Assembly: GCA_034722955.1 (NCBI GenBank)
Contig: JAYEOM010000024.1
Coordinates: 1 to 22,380 of the forward strand
Reading direction: 5' to 3'
DNA length: 22,380 bases
From: Campylobacterota bacterium
GTDB lineage: Bacteria > Campylobacterota > Campylobacteria > Campylobacterales > Sulfurovaceae
The translations under genes were made by a program, and so were the position numbers. Below, in pieces: positions 1 to 9,010 of this stretch (positions within the stretch are counted from its first letter, which is position 1; each line of letters opens with the position of its first letter). The notes under the pieces are model-generated. The model was not told where the DNA came from. It ran no database searches and saw only the letters and a program-made list of their open reading frames with translations.

Positions 1-1
1 G

Positions 2-136
2 GGGTTGACAATCGTCAAAAAAGAGAAGTTAGCAGAAGCTTTGCAGTATCCCAAACTCTTGCCTAAAAGTAAAATCATGAGAAGATCCAATCTCGCACCA
101 ATTCTCCAAGAGATAGAAAGTGTTTTAAGTCACTAA
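2..136 (+). CDS. 3' end of upstream gene (partial), probably Kdo transferase WaaA by synteny
   Basis: Open frame from the window edge (GLTIVKKEKLAEALQYPKLLPKSKIMRRSNLAPILQEIESVLSH*) ending TAA at 134-136. Product is inferred only from the usual Campylobacterota order waaA-rluA family-ffh. Confidence 0.45.
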   Translation, partial: GLTIVKKEKLAEALQYPKLLPKSKIMRRSNLAPILQEIESVLSH

Positions 137-150
137 AAAAGGATAAAAAG

Positions 151-882
151 ATGCAGAAAGCCTATAAGCTTCTAGCTCAACAACAGGGTATATCCAACAA
201 TAAGGCAAAACAGCTTATAGATAGAGGTTTAGTCTATGTCGGGGATAAAAAAGTCAAAATAGCGAGAGCTGAGTTGCCGGATGATACGCGTTTTCGTGTA
301 GAGGATGTAGCAGATGTCAAGATCCTCTATGAGGATGAAAATATCGTCGCTATCAATAAGCCTGCTCAGGTCGATAGCTATGATATCCAAGATGCTATCG
401 AGGGGGCGGAGCTTCTGCACCGCTTGGATCGTGATACTAGCGGTGTACTTCTACTTGGCAGAGATGAAGAGTTTATCAAAGATGCTATCAATGAATTTAA
501 AAATCGCCGTGTCAAAAAAGAGTATGTAGCTTGGGTAGAGGGTGTGATTTTTGAAGAGATTGAGATAGAGTCACCCATATTGACTATAAAAAAAGGTAAA
601 GCCTTTTCCCGTATTGATGAGTTGAGAGGAAGAGCTGCTTATACAAAGGTAAAGCCACTGGAGATACAGGGCAAAAAGAGTAAAGTTGCTATAGAGATAA
701 CCACAGGACGAACACATCAGATACGAGTACATCTAGCGAGCATAGGGCATCCTGTAGTAGGGGATGAGCAGTATGGAAGTCGTACTCAGAGCAGACGAAT
801 TTTACTGCACTCTGCTAGGATGAGTATCTTTGACTATGCTTTTGAAGCAGGTGAACCCAAGGATATCTTGAGATATAAATAG
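151..882 (+). CDS. RluA-family RNA pseudouridine synthase with N-terminal S4 domain
   Basis: S4-like N-terminus (ISNNKAKQLIDRGLVYV), motif I NKPA, catalytic HRLDRDTSG, and TGRTHQIRVH, GHPVVGDEQYG, LLHS motifs; AAGGA SD upstream. Confidence 0.95.
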   Translation: MQKAYKLLAQQQGISNNKAKQLIDRGLVYVGDKKVKIARAELPDDTRFRVEDVADVKILYEDENIVAINKPAQVDSYDIQDAIEGAELLHRLDRDTSGVLLLGRDEEFIKDAINEFKNRRVKKEYVAWVEGVIFEEIEIESPILTIKKGKAFSRIDELRGRAAYTKVKPLEIQGKKSKVAIEITTGRTHQIRVHLASIGHPVVGDEQYGSRTQSRRILLHSARMSIFDYAFEAGEPKDILRYK

Positions 883-947
883 CCAGATGTCCAAGGAGCC
901 TCCAAAGGGTATTTAGGATAAAATTACATAAAAAATAGAGAGAAGAG

Positions 948-2315
948 ATGTTTGATACTTTAACCGACAGTTTTAAAAATGCCATTGGAAAGATCCGTTT
1001 TCATGATGATGAGAAAGCACTAAAAAAAGCGACCCTAGAGCTTAAGAAATCACTGCTTAAAGCAGATGTACACCATAAAGTGGTAAAAGAGCTTATTACT
1101 GTTGTAGAGAAAGAGACTAAAAATAGTAGCAGCGGTATAGGAAAAGATAGTTTCCTCTTAGCACTTAAAAATGAGCTTACAAGGATTTTGACCGTTGAGG
1201 GCAATCAAGGTTTTGTCTTTGCCTCCAAGCCTCCAACCGTAGTGTTGATGATAGGTCTACAGGGATCAGGTAAGACTACAACAACAGGTAAATTAGCCTA
1301 TTTCCTCAAAGAGCAAAAGAAGAAAAAGGTTTTAGTAGTAGCAGCAGACCTACAGAGACTTGCAGCAGTTGAGCAGTTGAGACAGATCACAAGCAGTATT
1401 GAGATAGAGCTGGTAGCAGATGAAAATGCTACACCGGTCGATATCGTAAAAACTGCTTTGAAGAGAGCAGAAAAAGAGCTCTATGATGTAGTGTTGATAG
1501 ATACGGCCGGTCGTTTGGCAATCGATGATGAGCTGATGGATGAGTTGTCACAGATACAGAAAGTTGCCAATCCTGATGAACTCTTTTATGTTGCGGATGC
1601 TATGACAGGTCAAGATGCAGTAAGAACAGCACAAACATTTAAAGAGAAGATCGGTATCACTGGTGTGATCTTGAGTAAATTTGATGGCGACAGCAAGGGT
1701 GGAGTAGCATTGGGGTTGGCTCAGCAAGTTGGTGTGCCGCTTCGTTTCATAGGTGCAGGTGAAAAGATGCCTGATATCGATCAGTTTCTCCCCGATAGGA
1801 TCGTTAGTCGTTTGATGGGAGCGGGGGATATAGAGTCACTAGCAGAGAAGACATCTGCTGTGATAGATGAGAAGCAGGCGAAGCGTATCACCCAAAAGAT
1901 CAAAAAAGGTCAATTTAACTTCAACGATTTTGTAGAGCAGATGGAGCAGATGAAGAAGCTAGGATCTATGAAGTCTATAATGGGTATGATCCCAGGTATG
2001 GGTGCTATGTCGAAACAGATTGGAGATATGGACTTGGATAACTCAGATGAGATCAAGCGTATCAAGGCACTCATCTCATCTATGACCCCAAAAGAGAGAG
2101 AAAATCCAGATCTACTCACCAACAGTAGAAAACGGAGGATATCGGCTGGTGCCGGACTAGGGCAGCAGCAGGTAAATCGCATACTCAAACAGTTCAAAAA
2201 TGCTGCCAAGATGGCAAAAAAACTCTCAGGCAAGGGTGGAATGAAGCAGATGCAAGATATGATGCAGCAGATGCAAGGCGGTGGCGGTGGCGGATTCCCA
2301 GGATTGCCACGCTAA
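948..2315 (+). CDS. ffh: Signal recognition particle protein Ffh
   Basis: GLQGSGKTTT P-loop, DTAGR, SKFDGDSKGG, Met-rich M domain with SMTPKER and SRKRRISAGAG. Confidence 0.99.
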   Translation: MFDTLTDSFKNAIGKIRFHDDEKALKKATLELKKSLLKADVHHKVVKELITVVEKETKNSSSGIGKDSFLLALKNELTRILTVEGNQGFVFASKPPTVVLMIGLQGSGKTTTTGKLAYFLKEQKKKKVLVVAADLQRLAAVEQLRQITSSIEIELVADENATPVDIVKTALKRAEKELYDVVLIDTAGRLAIDDELMDELSQIQKVANPDELFYVADAMTGQDAVRTAQTFKEKIGITGVILSKFDGDSKGGVALGLAQQVGVPLRFIGAGEKMPDIDQFLPDRIVSRLMGAGDIESLAEKTSAVIDEKQAKRITQKIKKGQFNFNDFVEQMEQMKKLGSMKSIMGMIPGMGAMSKQIGDMDLDNSDEIKRIKALISSMTPKERENPDLLTNSRKRRISAGAGLGQQQVNRILKQFKNAAKMAKKLSGKGGMKQMQDMMQQMQGGGGGGFPGLPR

Positions 2316-2404
2316 ATAGAGAACTAGACCCCTTGAGATATCCACATAGATACCTATATTTGATCCATCAAAGGGAACCCCTAAAGTTATTTTTAGTCTC
2401 TTTG

Positions 2405-2413
2405 TGGTATTAT
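2405..2413 (+). promoter_or_regulatory. Putative extended -10 promoter (TGgTATTAT) for the rpsP operon
   Basis: TGn-TATTAT about 100 nt upstream of rpsP, preceded by T-rich tracts typical of Campylobacterota sigma70 promoters. Confidence 0.5.
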
Positions 2414-2511
2414 TCCGCTTCCAAAAGTGTTGATGAGTGCTTTAGTCATTAAAAAGCAGTTGTCAGGACTTTAGAGATGCATTAAATTTTATATATAACA
2501 AAGGAAATACC

Positions 2512-2739
2512 ATGACAATGATCAGAATGACAAGAATGGGAAGAAAGAAGAAGCCATTTTATAGAATCGTAGTAACAGATAGCAGAAAAAGAAGAGATAG
2601 CGGTTGGATCGAATCAATCGGTCACTATAACCCAATCAGTGCCAATAAAGAGTTGGTATTGGATGAAGAGAGATTGAACTATTGGTTAAGCGTAGGTGCA
2701 CAGATAAGTCCTACAGTCAAAAGATTGGCTGGTAAGTAA
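2512..2739 (+). CDS. rpsP: 30S ribosomal protein S16
   Basis: [38 protein letters not shown] and WLSVGAQ signature; AAGGA SD. Confidence 0.99.
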   Translation: MTMIRMTRMGRKKKPFYRIVVTDSRKRRDSGWIESIGHYNPISANKELVLDEERLNYWLSVGAQISPTVKRLAGK

Positions 2740-2745
2740 TCCTAC

Positions 2746-2991
2746 ATGACTCAAGATTTTGTCTCCTCATATGCGAAGCTTTTAGTTAAGCATCCAGAGG
2801 CCATAAAGGTAGAGATCACTTCTATAGATGATGGATTTGATGAGATCACCATCTATGCCAAGAGTGAAGATGTCGGTAAACTTATCGGCAGAGAAGGTCG
2901 AATGATCAACGCAGTCAAAACAGTCATCTCAGGCTGTAAAGCAAAAGGCGGTAAAAACTACCGTGTAAATGTAAAATCCCTAGAGAGTTAA
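2746..2991 (+). CDS. khpA: KH-domain RNA-binding protein (KhpA/YlqC family)
   Basis: DVGKLIGREGRMINAVKT GxxG KH motif; conserved position between rpsP and rimM. Confidence 0.9.
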   Translation: MTQDFVSSYAKLLVKHPEAIKVEITSIDDGFDEITIYAKSEDVGKLIGREGRMINAVKTVISGCKAKGGKNYRVNVKSLES

Positions 2992-3512
2992 TGGATCGTT
3001 TTATTATCGCTCAGATAGGCAAAACGGTTGGGCTCTGGGGAGAGCTCAAATTTCATCTATATACAGATTTTCCAGAACAGTTCAAAATAGGGCAAACTTA
3101 TCAAAGTGGTCGTGGCTCTTTGGAGATCCTAGATATCGATCAATCACGAGCTCTAATAAAGTTTCGTGGTTATGAGACAGTTGAGAGTGCCAAAAAATTG
3201 ACAAATACCAAACTCTATGCAGATAAAAAGCAGACACTCCAAAACTGCATACTAAGTGAAGGTGAACATTTTTGGTTTGATATGATTGGTGTATCTGTTT
3301 TAGAGGATGATGAGGTGTTGGGTAGTGTCACAGAGATACAGCGTTGGATGGAGACAGACTACCTGCTAGTCCAAACTAATCAGCAACTAGTTAATGCTGG
3401 GATGCCCTCCTCATTTTTGATCCCTTATATACCTAGATATATTATTGAGATGGATAGTGTATCAAATACTCTTTTGACTCAAGATACCAAAGAGATACTT
3501 GAGGCTAGTTAA
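2991..3512 (+). CDS. rimM: Ribosome maturation factor RimM
   Basis: IGKTVGLWGELK, EHFWFDMIG, FLIPYI motifs; TAATG overlap with khpA; operon context. Confidence 0.96.
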   Translation: MDRFIIAQIGKTVGLWGELKFHLYTDFPEQFKIGQTYQSGRGSLEILDIDQSRALIKFRGYETVESAKKLTNTKLYADKKQTLQNCILSEGEHFWFDMIGVSVLEDDEVLGSVTEIQRWMETDYLLVQTNQQLVNAGMPSSFLIPYIPRYIIEMDSVSNTLLTQDTKEILEAS

Positions 3513-4210
3513 TGCGTTTTACATTTGTGACACTCTTCCCATCTATAGTGCAAGGATATTTCTCTGACTCTATTTTGGCTAGAGCTGTAGAGAGTGGCAA
3601 GGTAAGTATAGATTTTTTAAACCCGCGAAGATATAGCACCAACAGACATCAAAAAGTTGATGCACCTATGATAGGCGGAGGTGCTGGGATGTTGATGACA
3701 CCTCAACCACTCTCTGATGCTATCTTGGATATCAAAGTTAAATCTCCCGATGCACATGTGATCTTTTTGACACCAGTAGGCAAGAGATTTGAACAAAATG
3801 ATGCAAAGAGGTTAGCAGGCAAGAGACATATTGTTTTGGTTTCAGGGCGATATGAGGGTATTGATGAACGAGTGATAGAGTCAAAAGCGGATGAACTCTT
3901 CTCTATAGGTGATTTTATCCTTACTGGAGGAGAGTTGGCAAGTATGGTACTCTGTGATGCAATCAGTAGAAATGTAGAGAGTGTGCTTGGCAATAGTGAC
4001 TCTTTGATGATAGAGAGCTTCGAAGAAGCACTATTGGAAGCACCATCTTTTACAAAACCGATGAATTACGAAAATAGAGAGGTGATTTCAGAGTTTTCAA
4101 AGGGTAATCATAGTAATATCACAGCCTTAAAAAGAGAGTTATCTTTGTCCAAGACAAAGTATTTCAGACCTGATCTCTATCAAAAGATTAAAATAAAGGG
4201 CATATTATGA
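3512..4210 (+). CDS. trmD: tRNA (guanine37-N1)-methyltransferase TrmD
   Basis: [33 protein letters not shown] motifs. Confidence 0.99.
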   Translation: MRFTFVTLFPSIVQGYFSDSILARAVESGKVSIDFLNPRRYSTNRHQKVDAPMIGGGAGMLMTPQPLSDAILDIKVKSPDAHVIFLTPVGKRFEQNDAKRLAGKRHIVLVSGRYEGIDERVIESKADELFSIGDFILTGGELASMVLCDAISRNVESVLGNSDSLMIESFEEALLEAPSFTKPMNYENREVISEFSKGNHSNITALKRELSLSKTKYFRPDLYQKIKIKGIL

Positions 4211-4566
4211 GAAATAAATATATTGAGAGTTTTGAAAAAGCTCAAATGGAAGTGAAAACTATTCCTGAATTTAGAGCTGGCGACACACTTAGAGTAGCTG
4301 TTAGGATTAAAGAGGGAACAAAAGAGAGAGTGCAGAACTATGAAGGTGTCTGTATCGCTCTTAGAGGTGAAGGTACAGGTAGTACATTTATGGTTAGAAA
4401 AATGGGTGCTAGCAATGTAGGTGTAGAGAGAATCTTTCCACTCTACTCAGACAGTATCGAGAGTATAGAAGTTCTCAGAAGAGGTAGAGTTAGAAGATCT
4501 AAGTTGTTCTATCTTAGAGAGCTTAAGGGTAAAGCTGCTCGTATCAAAGAACTCCGCAGAAAATAG
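4207..4566 (+). CDS. rplS: 50S ribosomal protein L19
   Basis: [33 protein letters not shown] overlap with trmD. Confidence 0.99.
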   Translation: MRNKYIESFEKAQMEVKTIPEFRAGDTLRVAVRIKEGTKERVQNYEGVCIALRGEGTGSTFMVRKMGASNVGVERIFPLYSDSIESIEVLRRGRVRRSKLFYLRELKGKAARIKELRRK

Positions 4567-4580
4567 TTTTTTCCTGCTCT

Positions 4581-4611
4581 GCTAAATGGACTCTGTTCCG
4601 TTTGGTCATTT
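4581..4611 (+). terminator. Possible intrinsic terminator between convergent rplS and smpB
   Basis: GCTAAATGGA-ctctgt-TCCGTTTGGT stem (with G-U pairs) followed by a short T run. Confidence 0.35.
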
Positions 4612-4633
4612 ACTATTAGTAGGCTCAAAAGTT

Positions 4634-5092
4634 CTAATAACTTCTCTTCATAGCTTGTTGGGCTTCACGATCTAGTGTCTTCTTCTTTAGATCTTGTCGT
4701 TTGTCATGTAGCTGTTTTCCTTTGGCAAGTCCGATACTGACTTTGGCTAGATTTCGTTCATTGAAGTAGATCATTAGAGGTACGATGGTCAACCCCTCTC
4801 TCCCTACTTTTCCAAAGAGTTTATCTAGCTGTTTTTTGTGGAGTAGAAGTTTTCGGGGTGTTCTGCTATCTGGTGCATAGTGCAGATTGGATGTTTCGAG
4901 ATGGGCTATATGCACATTCATCAAAAATAGCTCTCCCTTGATAAACCTACAGTATCCATCTTTTAGGTTGGCTCGTTTTGCACGGAGTGCTTTTACTTCA
5001 CTTCCTTGCAGTAGGACTCCTGCTTCAAATTTTTCGATGATCTCATAGTCATGATAAGCTTTTTTATTTTTTGCGATTATATTTATAGACAT
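4634..5092 (-). CDS. smpB: SsrA-binding protein SmpB
   Basis: NKKAYHDY, EAGVLLQGSEVKALR, RKLLLHKKQ, LAKGKQLHDKR. Confidence 0.99.
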   Translation of the reverse strand: MSINIIAKNKKAYHDYEIIEKFEAGVLLQGSEVKALRAKRANLKDGYCRFIKGELFLMNVHIAHLETSNLHYAPDSRTPRKLLLHKKQLDKLFGKVGREGLTIVPLMIYFNERNLAKVSIGLAKGKQLHDKRQDLKKKTLDREAQQAMKRSY

Positions 5093-5101
5093 ATCTGTTC
5101 C

Positions 5102-5896
5102 TTATACGAGATTATAGCATAGGTTTAATTTGGGTTTAAAAAAAGTACTTCCGCTTCCACTAAAAAACCAACCTCTTTGAGCATATGATTCTAGTTGCGG
5201 ATAGGCACTTGTAGCTGACAGATAGAGATCATTGAGTAGGACAGGATCTCCTATCTGCTCTAAAAGGTCTCTGGATTTGATATCTTTCCAACTTCTAAAT
5301 AGCTCTGGTTGAATATCTGCTAAAAACTCCTCTCTGAATGTTTTGTATACTTTGGCTGTATCACAGCCTATGGGTGGAGTATATAGTTCAAACGATAGAG
5401 CCTCCTCTTCAAATGGTTCGACAACCTCTCCAAATCCACTCACATTGGCTGAGGGATAGTCGTAGATAAAGAAGGGTAGATCCGCACCTATTGTGCTCCC
5501 TGTCTCTGCTAACTCTTCTATATTGAGTTTGAGGTTGCAGATGGTGTTGACAAGTCGCATGAAGGCTGCTGCATCCGAACTGCCACCACCTAGTCCTGCT
5601 TGTGACGGTATCTGCTTGGTGACTGCTACTTTATGATGATAGAAGAACTCTAAAATATCCCGCTCTCCTGTATAGGTATGGAGTGTTTTATATGCCTTGT
5701 AGATAGTATTGGAGTCTCTCTCTATATCGTCACACCCCTCTATGGTGAAAGTGTCACACTCTTGTGGGATAAATGTGATCGTGTCATATAGATCTTCAAT
5801 ACGCATAAATCGTGAAAGAATGGTATGATATCCATCCCTATGTCCTGTGATCTTGAGAAATATATTGACTTTGGCATGAGCATTTATATGGTACAT
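5102..5896 (-). CDS. ispE: 4-diphosphocytidyl-2-C-methyl-D-erythritol kinase
   Basis: AKVNIFLKITG, KQIPSQAGLGGGSSDAA (GHMP motif), GADLPFF, SGSGS. Confidence 0.97.
   Translation of the reverse strand: MYHINAHAKVNIFLKITGHRDGYHTILSRFMRIEDLYDTITFIPQECDTFTIEGCDDIERDSNTIYKAYKTLHTYTGERDILEFFYHHKVAVTKQIPSQAGLGGGSSDAAAFMRLVNTICNLKLNIEELAETGSTIGADLPFFIYDYPSANVSGFGEVVEPFEEEALSFELYTPPIGCDTAKVYKTFREEFLADIQPELFRSWKDIKSRDLLEQIGDPVLLNDLYLSATSAYPQLESYAQRGWFFSGSGSTFFKPKLNLCYNLV
5111..5119 (-). promoter_or_regulatory. Extended -10 promoter (TGCTATAAT) for smpB, inside the 3' end of ispE
   Basis: Consensus TGnTATAAT on the minus strand about 19 nt upstream of the smpB ATG, followed by AAGGA SD. Confidence 0.7.
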
Positions 5897-6729
5897 TAAG
5901 ATGACTCCTGAAATTTTTCTTGACGGTTGAGCTTGTATGTAACTACTAGATCGCTTATCTCAATGATGGCGAAAAAGCGAGTTGTCTCAATGATATAATA
6001 CCCATCTTTTTTGATCTCGAAGTACTCTATGGAGAGTTTTTTTCCTAGCTCCAGATATGCTTCATCTCCAGTGTAGATATTGAATGGAATAGTGAGATGC
6101 TTGAGGGGGTCAAGTGCTTGTTCATCTGCGTAGTGAAACATACCCTCATTGATCCTCTCAAGACTAGATAGGGTACCATCAACTCCAAGCTTTTTAGTGA
6201 TAAGGTGACCTATACTTCTAATATAAGTCCCTTCACTTACAACCGCCTCAAAGTGAACAAAAGGGTGATTGTAATTGAGTAGTTTGATCTCATAGATAGT
6301 AGAGGTGATCTCTTTGAGTTCTACCTCTACCCCCTCTCGTGCAAGTTCATATGCTCTCTTTCCTCCTATCTTTTTGGCAGAAAACTTTGGGGGATAGTAT
6401 CTGAGGCTGCCCAAGAGGCTCTGTAGTGTTCTCTCTATCGCCTCTATACTGAAAGTCGGTATCTCTAGGATACTGTCAACTTTTTCTATATCCAGTGTAG
6501 GTGAGTTTGCCCCTAGCCATAGTGTAGCACGATAACATTTCGGTGTTTTTTGGAGATAATTAAAAAGTTTGGTATATTGTCCTGTAGCTACTATGAGACA
6601 CCCCGTAGCAAAGGGATCTAGAGTTCCTGAGAAACCTACTTTTTTTGTCTTATATTTGTGCTTTACATAACCCATATAGCCATTTGAGCTACGAAATATG
6701 GGTTTGTTGACTACGAAGAGGCGATTCAT
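5896..6729 (-). CDS. truB: tRNA pseudouridine(55) synthase TruB
   Basis: KVGFSGTLDPFATGCL, PPKFSAKKIGGKRAYELAREG, SEGTYIRS. Confidence 0.98.
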   Translation of the reverse strand: MNRLFVVNKPIFRSSNGYMGYVKHKYKTKKVGFSGTLDPFATGCLIVATGQYTKLFNYLQKTPKCYRATLWLGANSPTLDIEKVDSILEIPTFSIEAIERTLQSLLGSLRYYPPKFSAKKIGGKRAYELAREGVEVELKEITSTIYEIKLLNYNHPFVHFEAVVSEGTYIRSIGHLITKKLGVDGTLSSLERINEGMFHYADEQALDPLKHLTIPFNIYTGDEAYLELGKKLSIEYFEIKKDGYYIIETTRFFAIIEISDLVVTYKLNRQEKFQESS

Positions 6730-8795
6730 CAGATCGACTGAACAAATGAGCTTAGGATCTCTTTTTTGTTGCCACCAAAATTGATCAATAGCTTATACTC
6801 TTTGTTTGATTTATTGACAGCTTGTACACGCCCAATACCAAATATCTTGTGCTTAACAAGGTCTCCTTTTTTATACTCTGAACTCTTAGTGATTTTAAGA
6901 CTGGTACTTTTGATGAGACCGGCTTCTCCTAGAAACCTGCTTTTGTCTATCATCTTTCTGCGACCTTTGTAAAATCTGCTATCCACATAACATAGAGTTA
7001 GATCACTCTTGGCTCTAGTGATAGCGACATATCCAAGACGACGCTCCTCTTCCATGTTGCATCCATCGCCAAGCAGTGGGAAAAACTCCTCCTCCATCCC
7101 TATAACAAACAGATGCTCAAACTCCAAGCCTTTGGCAGCATGAATACTCATAATAGTGATGATATCTCCCCCTACTTGATCTTGTTCACTCTGCAGGGTG
7201 ATATCGTTGAGAAACTCATCTAGTGTAAGTTGTGGATTTTTGATGACAGCATCTCTGAGATATCCGTAAAACTCATCGATATTAAGTACTCTATCAAATC
7301 CATCCGCGAGGTTGGCATAGTAATCTTTGAGTCCAATAGTATCCTCAAAGAGTGTGACAAAGTTATAGAGAGAAATCTCCATCTCAGACTGAAGCTTTTT
7401 GATCTCTATGAGCAGTTTTTTGAGTGAGCCTGCAACCTTCTTCCCTACTAGACTCACCAGCTCTTGCTGTTTAGCACTATCTATGGAGGCATAGAGAGAT
7501 AGCTCCTGCTCATAAGCAACTTTTTGCAGTTTTGCTATAGAGGCTTTCCCTATTCCCCTTTTGGGTTTATTGATGATGCGAAGATATGAAAAGTCATCAT
7601 TTGGGTTAGATAGTACTCTAAAATAAGAGATGATATCCTTGATCTCAGCCCGTTCATAAAAACGCATTCCGCCAATCAACTTAAAGCCTAGCCCCTCTTT
7701 TCCAAAACCCTCCTCTAGTGATCTAGAGAGTGCGTTGATACGGTAGAGAACAGCGATTTCATCTGGATCTACCCCCTGAGTTAGGAGCTCTTTGATCTCT
7801 CTGGCTATCGCTTTGGATTCATGTACTTCATCTAGCGAGTGGTGAAGTTTGATACTTGACCCATCTCCCTTGTCACTTATAAGGTTTTTGCCCAAACGAT
7901 GACTATTGTGCTCTATCAAGGTGTTTGCCGCCTCCAATATCTGGTTGGTTGAGCGGTAGTTTGTCTCAAGTTTGACAGTTTTGGCTCCTTTGAAATAGTC
8001 TGCAAACTCCAGTATATTTCGGATATTTGCACCTCTCCAGCCATATATACTCTGATCATCATCTCCCACTACACATAGATTTTGGTGTGCTGAGGAGAGG
8101 TGCTCTAGTAGTTTGAATTGTAACTCGTTAGTATCTTGATACTCATCAACCATGATATACTGGTAGCGTCTGCTTGTCTCCTCTCTGAGATCACTATTTT
8201 CATCAAGTATTCTATAGGTAAGCATCAAAAGATCATCAAAATCCAAAAGATTGTTTTCGAGAATATTCTCTTGATAGGCTTTATAAACTTGAGCCGCTTT
8301 ACGGTAGTCTGAAAGTTCAGCCTTCTCTTGGGCGATCTCCGGTGTGAGGAGAGAGTTTTTATATTTAGATATTTCACTGGCGAGAAAAGAGATGTTGAGA
8401 TCTACTTTTAACTCTTTGGCGATCGATCTGAGAAGGCGTTTTTTATCATCACTGTCGATAATCACAAAGTTGTTCTTGCGTCCTAGTTTTTCGATATGAA
8501 ATTTTAGAAAGAGTAGACCAAACTTGTGAAAAGTACATAAGAGAGGAGGGTATACACTTTGATTTCCGATCATTTTGAGAGCCCTCTCTCTCATTTCTGA
8601 AGCTGCTTTATTGGTAAAAGTGAGAGTGAGAGTATTGCCAGGATCTATACCTACTTCACCTATGAGATAAGCCAGTCTCGTTGTTAAAGTTTTAGTTTTA
8701 CCGCTCCCTGCACCAGCTAGGATGAGAAGAGGTCCATCAATATGTTCTGCTGCTTTACGCTGATCAGGATTGAGCTCATTTAAGATATTTTCCAT
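6729..8795 (-). CDS. uvrD: UvrD/PcrA-family SF1 DNA helicase
   Basis: AGAGSGKT, TFTNKAA, VDEYQD, VGDDDQSIYGWRGA, NYRS, HAAKGLEF, EERRLGYVAITRAK; C-terminal GDLVKHKIFGIG domain. Confidence 0.95.
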   Translation of the reverse strand: MENILNELNPDQRKAAEHIDGPLLILAGAGSGKTKTLTTRLAYLIGEVGIDPGNTLTLTFTNKAASEMRERALKMIGNQSVYPPLLCTFHKFGLLFLKFHIEKLGRKNNFVIIDSDDKKRLLRSIAKELKVDLNISFLASEISKYKNSLLTPEIAQEKAELSDYRKAAQVYKAYQENILENNLLDFDDLLMLTYRILDENSDLREETSRRYQYIMVDEYQDTNELQFKLLEHLSSAHQNLCVVGDDDQSIYGWRGANIRNILEFADYFKGAKTVKLETNYRSTNQILEAANTLIEHNSHRLGKNLISDKGDGSSIKLHHSLDEVHESKAIAREIKELLTQGVDPDEIAVLYRINALSRSLEEGFGKEGLGFKLIGGMRFYERAEIKDIISYFRVLSNPNDDFSYLRIINKPKRGIGKASIAKLQKVAYEQELSLYASIDSAKQQELVSLVGKKVAGSLKKLLIEIKKLQSEMEISLYNFVTLFEDTIGLKDYYANLADGFDRVLNIDEFYGYLRDAVIKNPQLTLDEFLNDITLQSEQDQVGGDIITIMSIHAAKGLEFEHLFVIGMEEEFFPLLGDGCNMEEERRLGYVAITRAKSDLTLCYVDSRFYKGRRKMIDKSRFLGEAGLIKSTSLKITKSSEYKKGDLVKHKIFGIGRVQAVNKSNKEYKLLINFGGNKKEILSSFVQSI

Positions 8796-8825
8796 TTATT
8801 CCCTTGGGGTAACCTAAGTCTATTT

Positions 8826-8831
8826 ATTATA
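8826..8831 (-). promoter_or_regulatory. Putative -10 (TATAAT) for the uvrD-truB-ispE-smpB operon
   Basis: Minus-strand aGCTATAAT about 30 nt upstream of the uvrD ATG. Confidence 0.5.
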
Positions 8832-8943
8832 GCTAAATAGGATTATAAATATCCTAAAGTATTCAATGACGAAGAGATAATTCTAAAATAGTTAAATTAA
8901 AATAAAACTATCGCAATAAGAATACCTTATCTATTTATTTAAG

Positions 8944-8970
8944 TATAATCAGCTATAATAAACATTATAG
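8944..8970 (+). promoter_or_regulatory. Tandem TATAAT boxes and inverted repeat upstream of the LysR gene
   Basis: TATAAT at 8944-8949 and 8954-8959; CTATAAT-aaac-ATTATAG inverted repeat at 8953-8970. Confidence 0.5.
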
Positions 8971-9010
8971 ATTTAGATTTACGATCTTAAGTGAGAGAAA
9001 GGAATAGATT

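Noticed and set aside
2240..2315. Low-complexity MQ/GGGGGG tail of Ffh with GGCGGT repeats
   Set aside because: Met/Gly-rich C-termini are normal for Ffh; not a contingency locus.
2316..2511. SRP RNA (ffs) next to ffh, or tmRNA near smpB
   Set aside because: No SRP domain IV stem-loop with its tetraloop, and no tRNA-like tmRNA ends, could be identified; the spacers around smpB are too short for tmRNA.
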